This document shows, in pieces, positions 1 to 12,838 of a stretch of DNA of 64,000 nt. The notes below the pieces were generated by a model. The model ran no database searches and was not told the origin of the DNA. It worked only from the letters and a program-made list of their open reading frames with translations. This DNA comes from a bacterium (GTDB taxonomy: Bacteria; UBA8248): assembly GCA_965213685.1 (NCBI GenBank), contig CBDBZY010000018.1, positions 640,001 to 704,000 of the forward strand. Reading direction: 5' to 3'. The position numbers were made by a program, and so were the translations under genes. Each line of letters opens with the position of its first letter. Position 1 is the first letter of the stretch.

Positions 1-71
1 ACCTACATCCACAGGGGAGTTACATGTGTTGGCTCAGTATGTGTAGCACATGTACAGTACATGTACACAGT

Positions 72-315
72 ACTGAGATAAGAGTTGCCCTGTTTATCAG
101 GGGAGAGACGCCTTTGCCTTTGCATAGCATTTAAAGATTCGGCCTGCCCAGCTGAGCTGCCTTGGTGGATCGGTCGGTAGAGTGTCTGCCTGGTACGCAG
201 AACATTGCTGGTTCAAATCCTGCCTGAGGCAGCTCTTCTTTTTCTCTTGAGAAAAAGGGAGTTGTCTTCTGGCACAGTTGCTTTGCATTGCCTGGTCTCA
301 ATGACTGATCGTTCA
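72..315 (+). mobile_element. tRNA-related interspersed repeat (SINE-like family A)
   Basis: Leader TACTGAG.TAAGAGTTGCCCTGTTTATCAGGGGAGA, then a tRNA-like core (GGTAGAG A-box, GGTTCAAATCC B-box) bracketed by GAGCTGCC...GGCAGCTC. Homologous copies at about 10150-10335(-), 10345-10525, 13888-14135, 51883-52075 and 53340-53480. Confidence 0.75.
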
Positions 316-349
316 GGTACTACACGTATCCTTCCTTCTCTGCCTCCCT

Positions 350-450
350 TTCCTCCCTCCCTTCCCTCCCTCCCTCTGACCCCTCCGTCCCTCCCTCTGA
401 CCCCTCCGTCCCTCCCTCTGACCCCTCCGTCCCTCCCTCTGATCCCTCTC
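350..450. repeat. 21-bp pyrimidine-rich minisatellite (CCCTCCCTCTGACCCCTCCGT)n
   Basis: About 4 direct copies; they give the spurious LPLTPPS repeats in the ORF track. Confidence 0.85.
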
Positions 451-849
451 TCCCTCGGTCCTTCTGTATTTGTCTCTGTTCAGTTAGCATCACACGTTTG
501 TGTGCATGTAGTTGCAATACTTTGTGTCAAATAGCTATAGAAGATGTGAGTGTCTGAACCTCACAGTGCTGTAGGCTGCTGTGGTGCAGCACTGCTTTAA
601 ATACCATACATGAGCCTGAGTGATTGTGGTTTCTGAAACCTTACTTATTACATGAATATCCTAGGGAAATCCCCCATCTCAAAACCTAATGCAGGGATAG
701 ATAGGGAACAAAGCCACCTCACTGAGCACCAACCAGTTCCAAACACCTGTCTGCTGTTTCATTGAGTGTTTGCTGGCTCACCTGATTTCCAGTGGCCTAC
801 CAAACATAATGTGCATACATGTATTGTCCCTGTGTGCACCTATAGCTAC

Positions 850-1105
850 TTACATGATGAAAAGGCTCAGGAATATTTTAGAGAACTGTGAAAAACCAGC
901 AGCCACCCAGGATTGAACCTGGGGCCTCTGACTTAGGCTGGCTGGCTGTCAGTGCTCTACTACCTGAGCTATGGCCACCAGGTGACAGCCAGCCATCACA
1001 ATTCTCAACATCACTTTGTATGTGCCATCAGAATCCCGCTAGGGATTGACCGGTAACTCCTCTCCATCAGGGGAGGAGCCACACTGAGTGAAATATTCTA
1101 TTTAT
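850..1105 (-). mobile_element. tRNA-related interspersed repeat (SINE-like family B)
   Basis: Reverse complement matches 31815-32040 (GGTGGCCATAGCTCAGGTAGTAGAGCAC...GGTTCAATCC...TTCTCTAAAATATTC). Confidence 0.75.
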
Positions 1106-1240
1106 TCATAGCAGTGCACGTGAAGCTGTGTCCATGTACATGTACACTGTGCATGTACTACTGGTAGTGTAGAGTGTACGCAAGTAAACATGTACACTGT
1201 ACCTCCCTCTGGTGATCACACACATGTACATGAACATGCA

Positions 1241-2124
1241 GGACTCTAGCTGAAGCCATGTGTTTGGTTACTGAATCAAAAGACTTCCTTGACAACCCAA
1301 AATGATTTGGAACTGTACGTGCCAGCACTCCCCCACCCACTCACATATCCACTCACCCACTCAGTCACTTATCCACTCACTCACTCACTCACCCACTCAC
1401 ACACTCACTCACTCACTCACTCACTCATCCACTCACACACTCACTCACTCACCCACTCACTCATCCACTCACTCACCCACTCACTCACCCACTCACTCAT
1501 CCACTCACACACTCACTCACTTACCCACTTACTCACCCACTCACTCATCCACTCACCCACTCACCCACTCACCTACTCACCCACTCACTCACTCACTCAC
1601 CCACGCACTCACTCACCCACTCACCCACTCACCTATTCACTTACACACAGGATAACTATGCACACACTCATTTCTGCTGCACACACATTATCCTCTGCAT
1701 ACACATTATCCTCTTACTTTTGTGTATGTTTTGCATGCTAGAGAGTTTAATGTGTCGTGTACATGTACATATTTGCACAGTCATCACACCAGCAGTGAAC
1801 TACACAGTCGCACACATGCAAGTGTAGTAACAGCATACTGCACTGTCAGTGTAGAGTGTTGTTGCAAAGCACTACACTAGCATAGTGCAAACCTTTTTGA
1901 AGGCTACTGTGCATACTTGTACATGTGCATGTACACATGTGTGAATGTGCACATGATAAGTACTGCACTCACACTACATGTGCATGTCTATATCTCTGCA
2001 GATGAGTACCTCAGGGAGGGTGTGTCCTTGTGGTGGCTGCAGGACACAAGGTTCAAGATCCCTCATGTCAACATGCACTGTTCCATTGAGTCAGTCAGAG
2101 CTGAGAAGAGTCCACGATGGATGG
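1241..2124 (+). pseudogene. Fragments of a second copy of the M16A peptidase gene (two exon remnants)
   Basis: 1241-1325 matches the start and end of exon 12363-12784 with the middle deleted. 2002-2124 (DEYLREGVSLWWLQDTRFKIPHVNMHCSIESVRAEKSPRWM) is a near-identical copy of exon 14156-14278 with AG/GT borders. Confidence 0.85.
1335..1645. repeat. Degenerate (CACT)n tetranucleotide microsatellite
   Basis: Direct inspection. Confidence 0.9.
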
Positions 2125-3184
2125 GTATGTGTGCATGGGGGCACTGAGTAATATAGAGTTGTACATGCAGAGTACATACATGTACATGTTTGCCATACAC
2201 ATATTATTGACATTATTGTCCCATCTCTTATGATCTCTCTTTCCCTTCTTCCCCCTCCCCCTTCTCTTCTCTGTTCCTCCTTTCCGTTCTCCCTACCTCC
2301 CTCCCTCCCTCCCTCCCTCCCTCCCTCCCTCCCTCCCTCCCTCCTGTATAGCCCCGCCCCAATCTTTTTACGCATGCCCATGGATCGATTGGTGCAGGAC
2401 AAACCTACGCTTATTTGAACATGAGATCAGCCATTGTTGCGCAGTTTTCGGTACATGCACCTAACATGGGAGGTCAGTAACATGAAGTACACATCCACCT
2501 GTTAAAATTGTGTGCCTGTTATGAAGGTGTGCCTGAGTCTATGCTATTTCATACACCAGGCCGGGTGCATACAGTGTGTGCAGGTGTGCACATACACTGT
2601 ATGTGTTTGTCATCCGTTACATGGTGTTATGAGGGACGAGGTTGACTTGCAGCCCTGAGATATGTGTTCTTGTATTATCTAGAATGTCCTCATCACAGCT
2701 GCTGGGAGTGCTTATCTTGTAGGTGCATGTGCGTGCATGTACAGGTATCTACTGTGTGTATATGGCATGCACACACATACATGTACATGTATGCATCTGG
2801 GAGAGCAAGTTTACATGTGTGTAAACATGTTATCTACCCCCAGAGCCTTTCGACACTGCTTTCCCTCATGACTACTGCTTTCCTTCATCGATGCAGCCTC
2901 ATCTTCTGAAACTTGTGACATGCTCTACTGTCTCTGGCTTCTTCCTTCCACCTTGCTCGATCCATGTGGTCACAGATACAGAAGGTACAATGCTTGTGAT
3001 GGGTGTGTATGTACGTGTATTAGATTTCTGCCTTGCTCTTCTTTTGCCCTCTGCACAGTCACTGTCACCTCCTCTTCACACTGTCACCTCTCACACCGTC
3101 CCAACCCACACTCTCCCCTCCCTCACTCCTCACCTGCCACACCATCCCTCTTCCCATGCACTTCACTCCTCCTCACTCTCCCAG

Positions 3185-3655
3185 CCCTCACCTTCCCACC
3201 CCTCACTCCCTCACTCTTGTTCTCCTCCCCTTCCCACCCCTCACTCCCTCACTCTTGCTCTCCTCACCTTCCCACCCCTCACTCCTTCACTCTTGCTCTC
3301 CTCACCTTCCCACCCCTCACTCCTTCACTCTTGCTCTCCTCACCTTCCCACCCCTCACTCCCTCACTCTTGCTCTCCTCATCTTCTCACCCCTCACTCCC
3401 TCACTCTCCCTCTCCTCACCTTCCCACCCCTCACTCCCTCACTCTCCCTCTCCTCATCTTCTCACCCCTCACTCCCTCACTCTCCCTCTCCTCACCTTCC
3501 CACCCCTCACTCCCTCACTCTCCCTCTCCTCATCTTCTCACCCCTCACTCCCTCACTCTCCCTCTCCTCATCTTCTCACCCCTCACTCCCTCATTCTCCC
3601 TCTCCTCACCTTCCCACCCCTCACTCCCTCACTCTCCCTCTCCCCACCTTCCCAG
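3185..3655. repeat. 38-bp pyrimidine-rich minisatellite running up to the exon 3656 splice acceptor
   Basis: Unit CCTTCCCACCCCTCACTCCCTCACTCTTGCTCTCCTCA, period 38 (3191, 3229, ...), about 12 copies. Confidence 0.9.
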
Positions 3656-4310
3656 GTGCCCAACCCCTACCCCTACCCCCACTCCAACACCACTGCCTCC
3701 CTCGTCCTGTGACTCACTCAACAGCTGCAAGCCCAGGCTGGATAACCACACGTACCAAGTCCTGACCCTCAACAACTCTCTCCGTGTTCTCCTGATCTCT
3801 GATCCCAAGTCCAACATATATGCAGTGTCAATGGAAGTGGCGGCTGGATCATTCAGTGACCCGCCTGAAGCAGAAGGACTGGCACACTTCTGTGAGCACA
3901 TGCTCATTCTGGGAACAAAGAAGTACCCCGATGAGCACGTCTACTCCAACTACCTGTCCACTCATGGGGGAGGGGATAATGCCTTCACATCTACGCAGGA
4001 GACCAACTACTACTTCAGTGTGAACTCGGACTCCCTGGAGCATGCCCTGGACCTCTTCGCTCAGTTCTTCATTGCTCCGCTGTTCAATGCCTCCTCTGTT
4101 CAGGATGAAGTCCATGCAGTGAACTCGGAGCACGAGAAAAACCTTCAATCAGATGAATGGAAGCTGTGGCAGCTCCTGAAACATGTCTCCAATCCTGAAC
4201 ACCCGTTTCACATGTTCTCCACTGGCACACTCTCAACTCTCAACAGCTCACATGTTGACCTACTGCAACTGCTACACAACTACTACAACTCCAGTTACTC
4301 TGCCAACACT
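3656..4310 (+). CDS. Catalytic exon of the M16A peptidase (HxxEH)
   Basis: Open exon CPTPTP...KPRLDNHTYQVLTLNNSLRVLLISDP...GLAHFCEHMLILGTKKYP...YSANT; acceptor CCCAG|G, donor |GTAAGT at 4311. Confidence 0.85.
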
Positions 4311-4684
4311 GTAAGTACATTGTATACACATGTACGTCTCTTCGTGTACTAAGTGTAAGTGTGGCTAAGTGTACATGTACATGTACCAGCACAATGTACA
4401 TGTATACAAGAGCCATGTGACGAGAGCCAGAACTACGCAAGGAGACGGGGAGGAACCCATACATGTACATGTACCTGTACATGTACAGGTTGGCCAAAAG
4501 TCCATTCTTGATCTACTGCTATGGAGTTAGGTGTACATGTGTATACTGTACATGTACATGTACATGTACATCTACACATACATGTACATGTACATGTGTA
4601 CATGCACATGTACATGTGCATCATGTACAGTACATGTACAGTGTACAGGGTGTACATACATGTACATGTACATGTACATTATAG

Positions 4685-4749
4685 TTACATGACCCTAATT
4701 GGGATGCATGAGTTGCATGGGCGAATGCATCCCAATTAGGGTCATGTAA
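4685..4749. repeat. Perfect 25-bp inverted repeat hairpin
   Basis: TTACATGACCCTAATTGGGATGCAT (4685-4709) pairs with ATGCATCCCAATTAGGGTCATGTAA (4725-4749). Confidence 0.9.
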
Positions 4750-4896
4750 TTATTTTGTTGGAAGTTGCGGGCCTACTCACCCTAGCCGTCCCATGATCTC
4801 CTCTACCACTTCAGCTTTGAGATATGGGCCTTTAAAATTTTGGTTGCTAAGCAACTTCCAACAAATGTGTATGCACGTGTAATACCCACACTCCCG

Positions 4897-4959
4897 GTCA
4901 CCCCAGCGCAGCTGATGAGGCCTGCTATTGGCCGAAATGCGTCCTGCGCACCGGGTGAC
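4897..4959 (+). ncRNA. Type I minimal hammerhead ribozyme motif (Penelope pLTR/retrozyme type)
   Basis: Stem I GCGCAG/CTGCGC extended by GTCACCC/GGGTGAC, core CTGATGA (4912-4918), stem II GGCC-tgctatt-GGCC, GAAA (4934-4937), then tgcGTC with the cleavage triplet ending at 4943. Confidence 0.75.
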
Positions 4960-7089
4960 TGTTTAACATCTAGGTCTAAGGGCCATTTGCGGCCTAGGGA
5001 GCTGTGGTTCTCGATTTATTCATGTACATGTTCACTTGTAATTAGAGGTACATGTACATGTACATAGTAGCGAGAGGCAACATTGACATGTACATGTACT
5101 GTACATGTCCATTGCACATTGCACATGTGTGTAGGGTGATAGTATTAAAGGACCTCTATATATTGCACATTGTCTCATATACAATTAACATACATATACA
5201 TGTACATGTACATGTAGAATAGCTTTGTACTTGACAGAATAAGCTTTGTTTTCTTTTACACAACATGTAGTATATGTACGTACATGTATACATGTACATG
5301 TACATGTACATGTATATGTATACATGTACAGTCAAGTTCATGCGTACAGCAGTGTACATGCATGCACATACATGTATTGCTTCAACATGTACATGTACAT
5401 GTACATTTAGGTTCAAGAGATGCATGTGTGTATGCACAGTACACATGTACACAAATGTGTGTGCATCTGTTGGGAATGTGTTCAGTATTCTCAAGAGGTA
5501 ACAGATCATGCAATACGTATATACACACATGGGAAACATAATGCCATCCACTGGCTCCCACACACAGTGTGTGCATGTATTGGTTAGGGACAGGCAGTGT
5601 TTCCCCAGTGCGGAACTGGCAGACCCAAGGATATCATCATAAATGACAATCTCAGGGAAAGCTGAAGACTCACATGAACATAATACAAATTACATGGTTA
5701 TGGTTTGTGAAGGGCACAGTCGGAATACACCTACATGTACATGTACTTGTATATCAACATGTAGACATGTACATGTACCTGTATTATATGTATGTATACA
5801 TACTACACAAGTAACCCCATCCCTACATCTTTTTTTCATCTTTATATTCTGCACAAAAATGTTTCCAGTAATCTCACAGCAAACTTTAGATACACGTTCT
5901 ATTCAAAAAAAAGATGTAGGGATGGGGTTACTTGTGTAGTCCTCTGCACACTGCCATCCATATATCTAGTTTGTGTGGTTTTTGGCACTGCCATCCTTAC
6001 ATCCTTCTACATTTTTGGAAAATGTTTTTCATACTTGTTTGCATGCATTTTTTGCTGTACTACAGTACCATACAGGAGGTTGCCCTTCTCTAAGTCAAGC
6101 ACCAACACCTTCCTCCGCGCACGGAAAAATACGGCTGGCTTGCGAGGCTAAGTATGTTTCTTGGGATCATACTCGGAAGTGAAGCTCAGTGATGCAACTT
6201 TGATTCTTGGGGGCGCCGTATCCTTTGGTAGAGAGATGCATAACGCCACTTAGCGCTCAAAGGGCCTAACACGAGCGTCCGCTAGTTATATTAGAACATT
6301 TTGTATGTACACGTGCAATTGGTACGTCGGTGTCATTCCTACACGAACAGTTTACCGACTCTGAAACAACAGTGAAGTAAGATACGGCTGAAACACAAGC
6401 CACTCGGCCGCTATCGATCATTGCTTGGAGAAATTACTAGGGTGTGGCTTCGTGTGATTGCACGCAGCGCGCGAGGCCAGCCCTCACGTGCTTGCAATCT
6501 GTGTCACATGACAATTATTAGAAAATGGCTTCCAAATATGGGCATGTTGTCCAGTGCGTCTAGTTTCTGCTTGTTTGAGAAGATGCTAAGATGCCGTTAA
6601 GGCAGATCATACGCGTAGTGATTACAGTTGATCTGTAAAGAACTACGGTGATTACTTCTGCCAGTTTCGAGAAAAGTCGTTTGAAAGAAATCTCTTAAGA
6701 AGAAGAAGAATCAGAAAGAAAAAGAAATCACCACTTCGCCCGTTTCCTGGCAGTAAGTCTAGGGATGCTTTTTAGCTATCTGTGGGGTATCATTGGGTAG
6801 AGAAACGTCGGAATAGGATAGCTAGATGTCCAGAAAGGCTTAGAACACGAGCGTTCGCGAGTTAAGACGGATTTCCAATGTACGCACACTATGGGCGGAC
6901 CAGCGCCATCCCTACATAGAGAGTCTACCGACTCTCTGATAGAGTGCATGTACATGTACATGCACATGTGGAATTTAGTACAAGGTGATTCCAGCCATGT
7001 ACAGTACATGTACTGTAATTGAATTTGAGTGAGCTAAGTAGAGATATACAACACATGTACATGTACATCAACATGTACATGTGCATGTA

Positions 7090-9241
7090 CAGTAGACGTC
7101 AAAATATAGTTTACACTATGCTAACGTACTATGCACGTATTTTCTGCGTACTTTTTGCGTACTAGGTGGCATACTACGTAGCATACTAAGTTGCGTAGTT
7201 ATTACACAATTAGCGTACTACATAGTGTACAACATTCTAAACAGCGACTATGCTGCATACTAAGTAGCATACGAGAGCTATAGAGGAAGACTCGAGACCC
7301 CGCTTTGTGGGAGGGGCCTGGGTAGCTAGCTCGCACGTATCTGTAACAGCGTCTTCGTGGGATCATTAATACGCTGCGTACTATGTACTACGCTGCGTAC
7401 AAAACGTATTTATTGGCATAGTTCTTTTTTTTTTTTTTTTTTGCGGAAGGACAAATAACAAATGCAAGGATGAGGCGAATACTGTACAGAGCAAATAAAG
7501 CCATTCAAAACAAACGAAAAAGTAAGTATACAGTATATGAAACTAAACTGTTCATGCATGATACACGAAGGTTTACAAATGGCAGGAAAGACCTGCCTCA
7601 GAAATAACAAGGTCAATAGGAGGAACCGGCTGCCTCATCGCGTGGCCAACAGTAGATCGAGCACCTCTAATACACCGGATGGATGATCGTAGGAGGGAAA
7701 AAGAGAGAGCACATCTGATCCAGGCAATAGTGGAGCTGTAGGGCTGGTCATGTTTGGAGGAGAGCATGGAGGCAAGCCTCTTGTAACAGACAGTGGCAGC
7801 TTTTCCCAAACCTCCAGTGAGTGACAGAACGAGTGGAGTGAATGAGCTGTGCTCAATTTCACGGACCCTCTGTTCATAGGCACGTTTTTTGATGTTCTCG
7901 TGCTTTCTGTAGCAAGTAGCTAGAGGTTGCCTGTTTGAGGGAGCGTATGGGTTAAAAACCCTTACATCAAAGAAATCTCTCTCATACTGGCCTCCCCAAA
8001 AGCCCTTGGCAGCCACATTTAATCTGGCACCGTCCTCAGTGATGGCAGAGGAACTGGCGAGAGTTTCCCCAGTGAGTGGCTGAAGGGAAGGTTCTATTGA
8101 GACATCATGGCACACTTCTGACAGTAGGTTAGCAGTGAGGTCTCGGATCTCATTGTGTCTTAAGGTAGGGAAGCCACCTTTCTGACAGGAGAGGACAAGC
8201 TCCCTTGTGGAGAGTGAATCCAAATTCCTCCAAAGGGAGGGCCGTGAGCCAGCTAGAGGCTCCTTTTTCTTGGGCAAGGTCTATTGCACGTTGTGTAGAA
8301 GTATCGACAGTAGCTCTGAGAGTTGCTGCGGTAGCCTTTGTTCTCTCACAATTTTGTTTGTAAACTTCTTTCTTGGCTGTCAGTTGTGCCTCAATGCACT
8401 CAAGGGGGTATTCATAACATTGTTGCAATATGAGATCTTTCAGTGGTGCAGCTATCTTAGTGGATGAAAGATATTCGTGGGTCGAGAGAAGTGTGGGGTT
8501 AGTAATGCCAAGGCCACCCAGTCTCACAGGCAGAGAAAATAACTCACGATCAGTGTCATTGGAAGGAGCTCTACCAGTTAGAACAGGGATGAAATGGAAT
8601 CTAATGTATTCTTCCAGGGGCTGCAGCAGCAACTCAATGTTGGGGGTAGTTCTACACAGATATGAGAATTTGTGCACATAGCCATATGTGTAGGCTGCAA
8701 AAGCCACATGTGGCTGAACTCTGGTAACATCAACTAGTTGTGTTAGCTCTTTCTTCCACTGCTGAACTTTTTCAATGACAAAACTGTTGGTAAACGCATC
8801 TGAACCTATAGCAGACCCAAGATATGCTCTGCCATCTGAAGTGATATTAACCTGCGTATCCTGAAAAATATTTCTAGCATTTTCAAGGTGTGTGTCCTTC
8901 GTCACAAGCCAGGTTTTCTTGGCATTCCCAAAGTAACCAAAGGCAGGTCCAGCGGAAGTGAGGTTATCCCACCAAACACGTAGGGATGTCAGTGATCCTG
9001 AAGCGGCAGCATCATCTGCATACCAGACCTGCATATTACTGGATGTACTGCTCAAATACTTGATAAGTGGAATGGTTGCCAGGGCGTACATGGGCATTGC
9101 TAGAGGGTCTCCCTGGGTAGTGCCTTCCTCTGAGAGCAGGGTGTGCCCATCCACATTTATTGGCACAGTAGGCTGTCAAATTCCTGTGTAGTTATAACGT
9201 ACTACGCTAGCGTAGTGTAAACTTTATTTTGACGTCTACTG
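7090..9241. mobile_element. TA-TSD MITE (Tc1/mariner-type ends) containing a nested CRE element
   Basis: TIRs CAGTAGACGTCAAAATA.AGTTTACACTA / TAGTGTAAACTTTATTTTGACGTCTACTG, flanked by TA. A short relative lies at 14364-14504. Confidence 0.8.
7424..9154 (-). mobile_element. 5'-truncated CRE-clade non-LTR retrotransposon (RT + restriction-like endonuclease)
   Basis: RT motifs GTTQGDPLAM and YADD (ORF 8150-9166). RLE motifs RHNEIRD and FFDVRVFNP...HENIKKRAY (ORF 7573-8277). Poly(A) tail seen as a T-run at 7425-7442. 15-bp TSD ATTTATTGGCA(T/C)AGT at 7408-7422 and 9155-9169. Frameshifting deletion near 8190. Confidence 0.9.
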
Positions 9242-9919
9242 TAGCTAAATGTGCAAGACATACTGTACAACTGGTTAGTGACATTCCAAAGTGCTTGCAA
9301 CAGCTGTTCCAGATAGCACAGGAATGTTCACTGATAAAGCCATAAACCCACTGCTATTATTTACACAACAGGTACAGTGTACATGTACATGATCAATCTC
9401 GTACATGTATATGCAGATTAAACAAGGGAAAGCAAAGTCCGAAGGCAGACAGTGAAAAAGACACTGAGCTGCCTCGGACGCGTGACCACCGAGTTGCTAG
9501 TCCAGTGCTCTAGTCCAGAACATGTACATACAAGGTGCACTGTGCATGTACACTGTACACTATACATGCACAATGTACAAAATAATATTGTAGGCATAGA
9601 CATACTGTACATGTACTCTATTTCTTTTGAGGATGTGACTCTGTTTAGGTGTATGTGTGGGAGGGTCTTGTGTGATGGGCCCTAGGACTGTGGGAGTATG
9701 TGTATGTACACTATGTACACTGTAGCTGCATAGCATCTTCAGTGAGTGCATTTAGACAAGTGGCCAGTCATGAATAGTCTTAGGGTAGGAGGGCATGTCT
9801 AAACGCCATATACCTGTGTACACATGTACATGTACATGTATGTGTATACTGTATGTACATTGAGCATACCTTCATGTGTGGTGTGTGTCCAGTGAATGCT
9901 ATACTGTACATGTACATGT

Positions 9920-10085
9920 ACATGATGAAAAGGCTTAAGAATATTTTTAGAAAACTGTGAAATACTGGCAGCCACCAAGGATTGAACCTGGGGCCTCTTA
10001 CTTAAGCCATCAGTGCTCTACCACCTGAGCTATGGCCACCGGGTGACAGGCAGCCTTCAGAATTATCGATATCACTCTATATGTA
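9920..10085 (-). mobile_element. tRNA-related repeat family B copy
   Basis: Homologous to 850-1105 and 31553-31742; abuts (TGTACA)n. Confidence 0.75.
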
Positions 10086-10149
10086 CAAATACAATACATA
10101 CATGTACATGCACATGCATGTGAGATGTGGTGTCAATGTGGTACATATT

Positions 10150-10525
10150 GAGGGTAAGGAAGGCAACTACACCTGAAGACAACTTCTCTTTTTGGAGAAG
10201 AATTGAGGCGGAACTCGAACGCATCATTCATATTGTGCAGATGCTCTACCAGCTGAACCACTGAGGCAGCCCAGCTGGGCAGGCTGAATCTTTAAGGTTT
10301 ATGCAAGGACAAAACTTCCCTGTTAGAAGGTTACTCTAAACTTTGCCTTGTGTCTATGACTGATCGATCATGTACATGTATCAGCTGGTAGAGCGTCTGC
10401 CTAGAACGCAGAATGTCGCGGGTTCGAGTCCCGCCCGAGGCAGCTCTTCTTTTTCTCTGGGGAAAAAAAAGTTGTCTTCGGGCGTTGTTGCTTGCATTTG
10501 CCTTGTCTCTATGACTGATTATACA
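10150..10525. mobile_element. Two opposed copies of tRNA-related repeat family A
   Basis: Minus-strand copy at about 10150-10335 and plus-strand copy at about 10345-10525 (GGTAGAGCGTCTGCCTAGAACGCAGAATGTCGCGGGTTCGAGTCCCG). Confidence 0.7.
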
Positions 10526-12838
10526 TGTATGTATTCTGTCTGAGACCAAATGTGTACATGTAAGTCTAAGCTTGTAGCACTCATTTGTTCGCTCAGTATG
10601 TTAATGTCTACCCCAACACCTCATCTGGTTTACAGTATGTAGCGTTAACCAGATGAAGTGTAGGGTTAGACATACATGTACAGTGTACATGTACATGTAT
10701 ATGTAAGAGTTCTCTTTGGACTGTCACTGAACAAGATGCTTCAGCAAATCCCATGCTTTTGCAGGGTATTGGGAGGATGTATGCACATCCTGTACACACA
10801 CTGTCCTGCTGTTTGCCAACTGCCAGCTCTTGGCTAATGTTGGACCATTCTTCTCCAATTACATCATTACATCATTTTGCTACATGTACTTCCCTGGGAC
10901 CTTGTACCCACAAGGAAGCCATTTGTGTGCTTTGTCCTTGTGTTTCACTTCCTAAAATACATGTACATGTACATGTACAGTATATAAATGTGCACTTCCC
11001 GTTCCTATTCCCAGAGATGGGGGAGGGAGACACTCGGGATTTCCATCCCAAACCCATTTGTGTAGTCAAAGGTCATACACGTGTGGTAGGGGGGAGAGCC
11101 TGGAAATGAGGCTACCACTGTACATGTAAATACGTGTATGCACTACTGCAGCAAGTGGTATACATGTACAGTGTACATGTACATGTGTAATACTGTGTAT
11201 GACCTAGTGATCCCACCCCTACCAAGTCCTGTATGAACCCCTGATGAGTACTGATGCATGTACAGCATACACCCACCATATCCCACTACAGATGCAGTTG
11301 GTGGTGTACGGCCAAGAGCCCATCCCCACCCTCGCCAACTGGACAGCAACTTACTTCTCACTTATCCCCAAATGATCTGTCTCCCCTCGCACCTTCAACA
11401 CAACTGCCTTCCCTCCAGAGTACTCTGGGAAGCTGGTCTACTACCGTCCAGTGGCTGACACTAACACCACCTCCATCTACTTTGGAATCTCTGTACTGAA
11501 ATGATGTCACTGAATTCCTGTCCCGTTACCTAGGACACGAGGGTCAGGGGAGCTTTCTGTACTACCTGAAGCAAGGGAACTGGGCCACTTCCCTCTCGGC
11601 AGGGTCAGAGGTCGATGCCAACTCCTTCACCCTGTTTGTGGTGTCCATTGAGCTGACTGAGGACGGCTTGTCCCACGCCTCAGAAGTGGTAGCCAGTGTG
11701 CTCCAGTACATCAGGTGAGGGGAGTGTGGATGGTTAATCCCTCCATGTACATGTAGATGTGCATGTGCATGTACATATATTCTACCATCCAATTTTGTGT
11801 ATACTGTATTCTCCCAAGTACATGTACATGTACATGTAGTTCAATTGTAGGAACAAGGCAACACAAAGCAACTACACTTGAAGACAGCTCAAAAATAGAA
11901 AAGCTGCCTCTACAGTACCTGTACATTATACACGTATACCCCACAATGGCATGTACACATAGTACAGTATATGATATGCACAGTGCTGTGAACATGTGCT
12001 GTTTTGCTGCCCATCATACCACTGTGTTCTCCATCCTTCACCTTCATCCCTGACTGTGCTGCACCGTCACACTGTGCTTGGTGTGTCTCTCACTGCAGGC
12101 TGCTCTCCAGTCAGTCAGACAGTGACCTGCAGGCCATGTGGAGTGACTACATCGATGTGGCACAGGTGGTGTATGACTACAGTGAGCAGGACACCCCCAG
12201 CAGCTATGCTCAGTGAGTGTGGGAGAGTTTAACAGAGCAAGAAGGTGTAGCCATACATTTGCACAGTTTGCATGTACATGTACATGTACCTCCGTGTAAA
12301 TAATTATCATGTACCCATGTTCACACACATTTACCATAACATGTGCATGTATACACATGCAGGGCTCTAGCTGAAGCCATGCATTTGGTTACTGACCTAC
12401 AAGACTTCCTTGACAACCCAAAACGACGTCTCCTCAACACGTCCCTCATCTGCCAAGTCCTGACCTCCCTCTCCCCTGACAACTCTCTAGTGTTCATTGA
12501 GACACAGCACTTGAACATTGATGGCATCTTTCCTCTCGTCAGTGCACCAAACCAAACCTCACCCGTGAACTTGCCCTGGCCAGTGCTGAATGAAACAGAG
12601 CCTATCTACACCACTCACTATGCTCTCATGGACACACCACACAATGTGGCTCAGTACTGGGGGGCCAGTGAGGCTGCTGACCTCTGGCTGCCTCAGGCAA
12701 ATCAGTTTATTCCTCAAGACTTCAACATATTACCTGCTCCACAGGATGTGAAAGACACTCCTCAGATGGTGGAACTCAATGACAGTACATGCCAGCAGTA
12801 CTCTCACTCCTTCCTTCACCTGCTCACTTACCCACTTA

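Noticed and set aside
2351-2364. GC box plus CCAAT as a promoter of the peptidase gene
   Set aside because: Short motifs alone, with no way to locate a transcription start.
2891-3765. Long Pro/Ser/His/Leu-rich ORFs in three frames
   Set aside because: Produced by the stop-free 38-bp minisatellite; coding sequence starts at the acceptor at 3656.
11373-11499. In-frame TGA codons as selenocysteine or a variant genetic code
   Set aside because: They sit where Arg (CGA) is plausible, and they co-occur with TAG/TAA stops and a frameshift.
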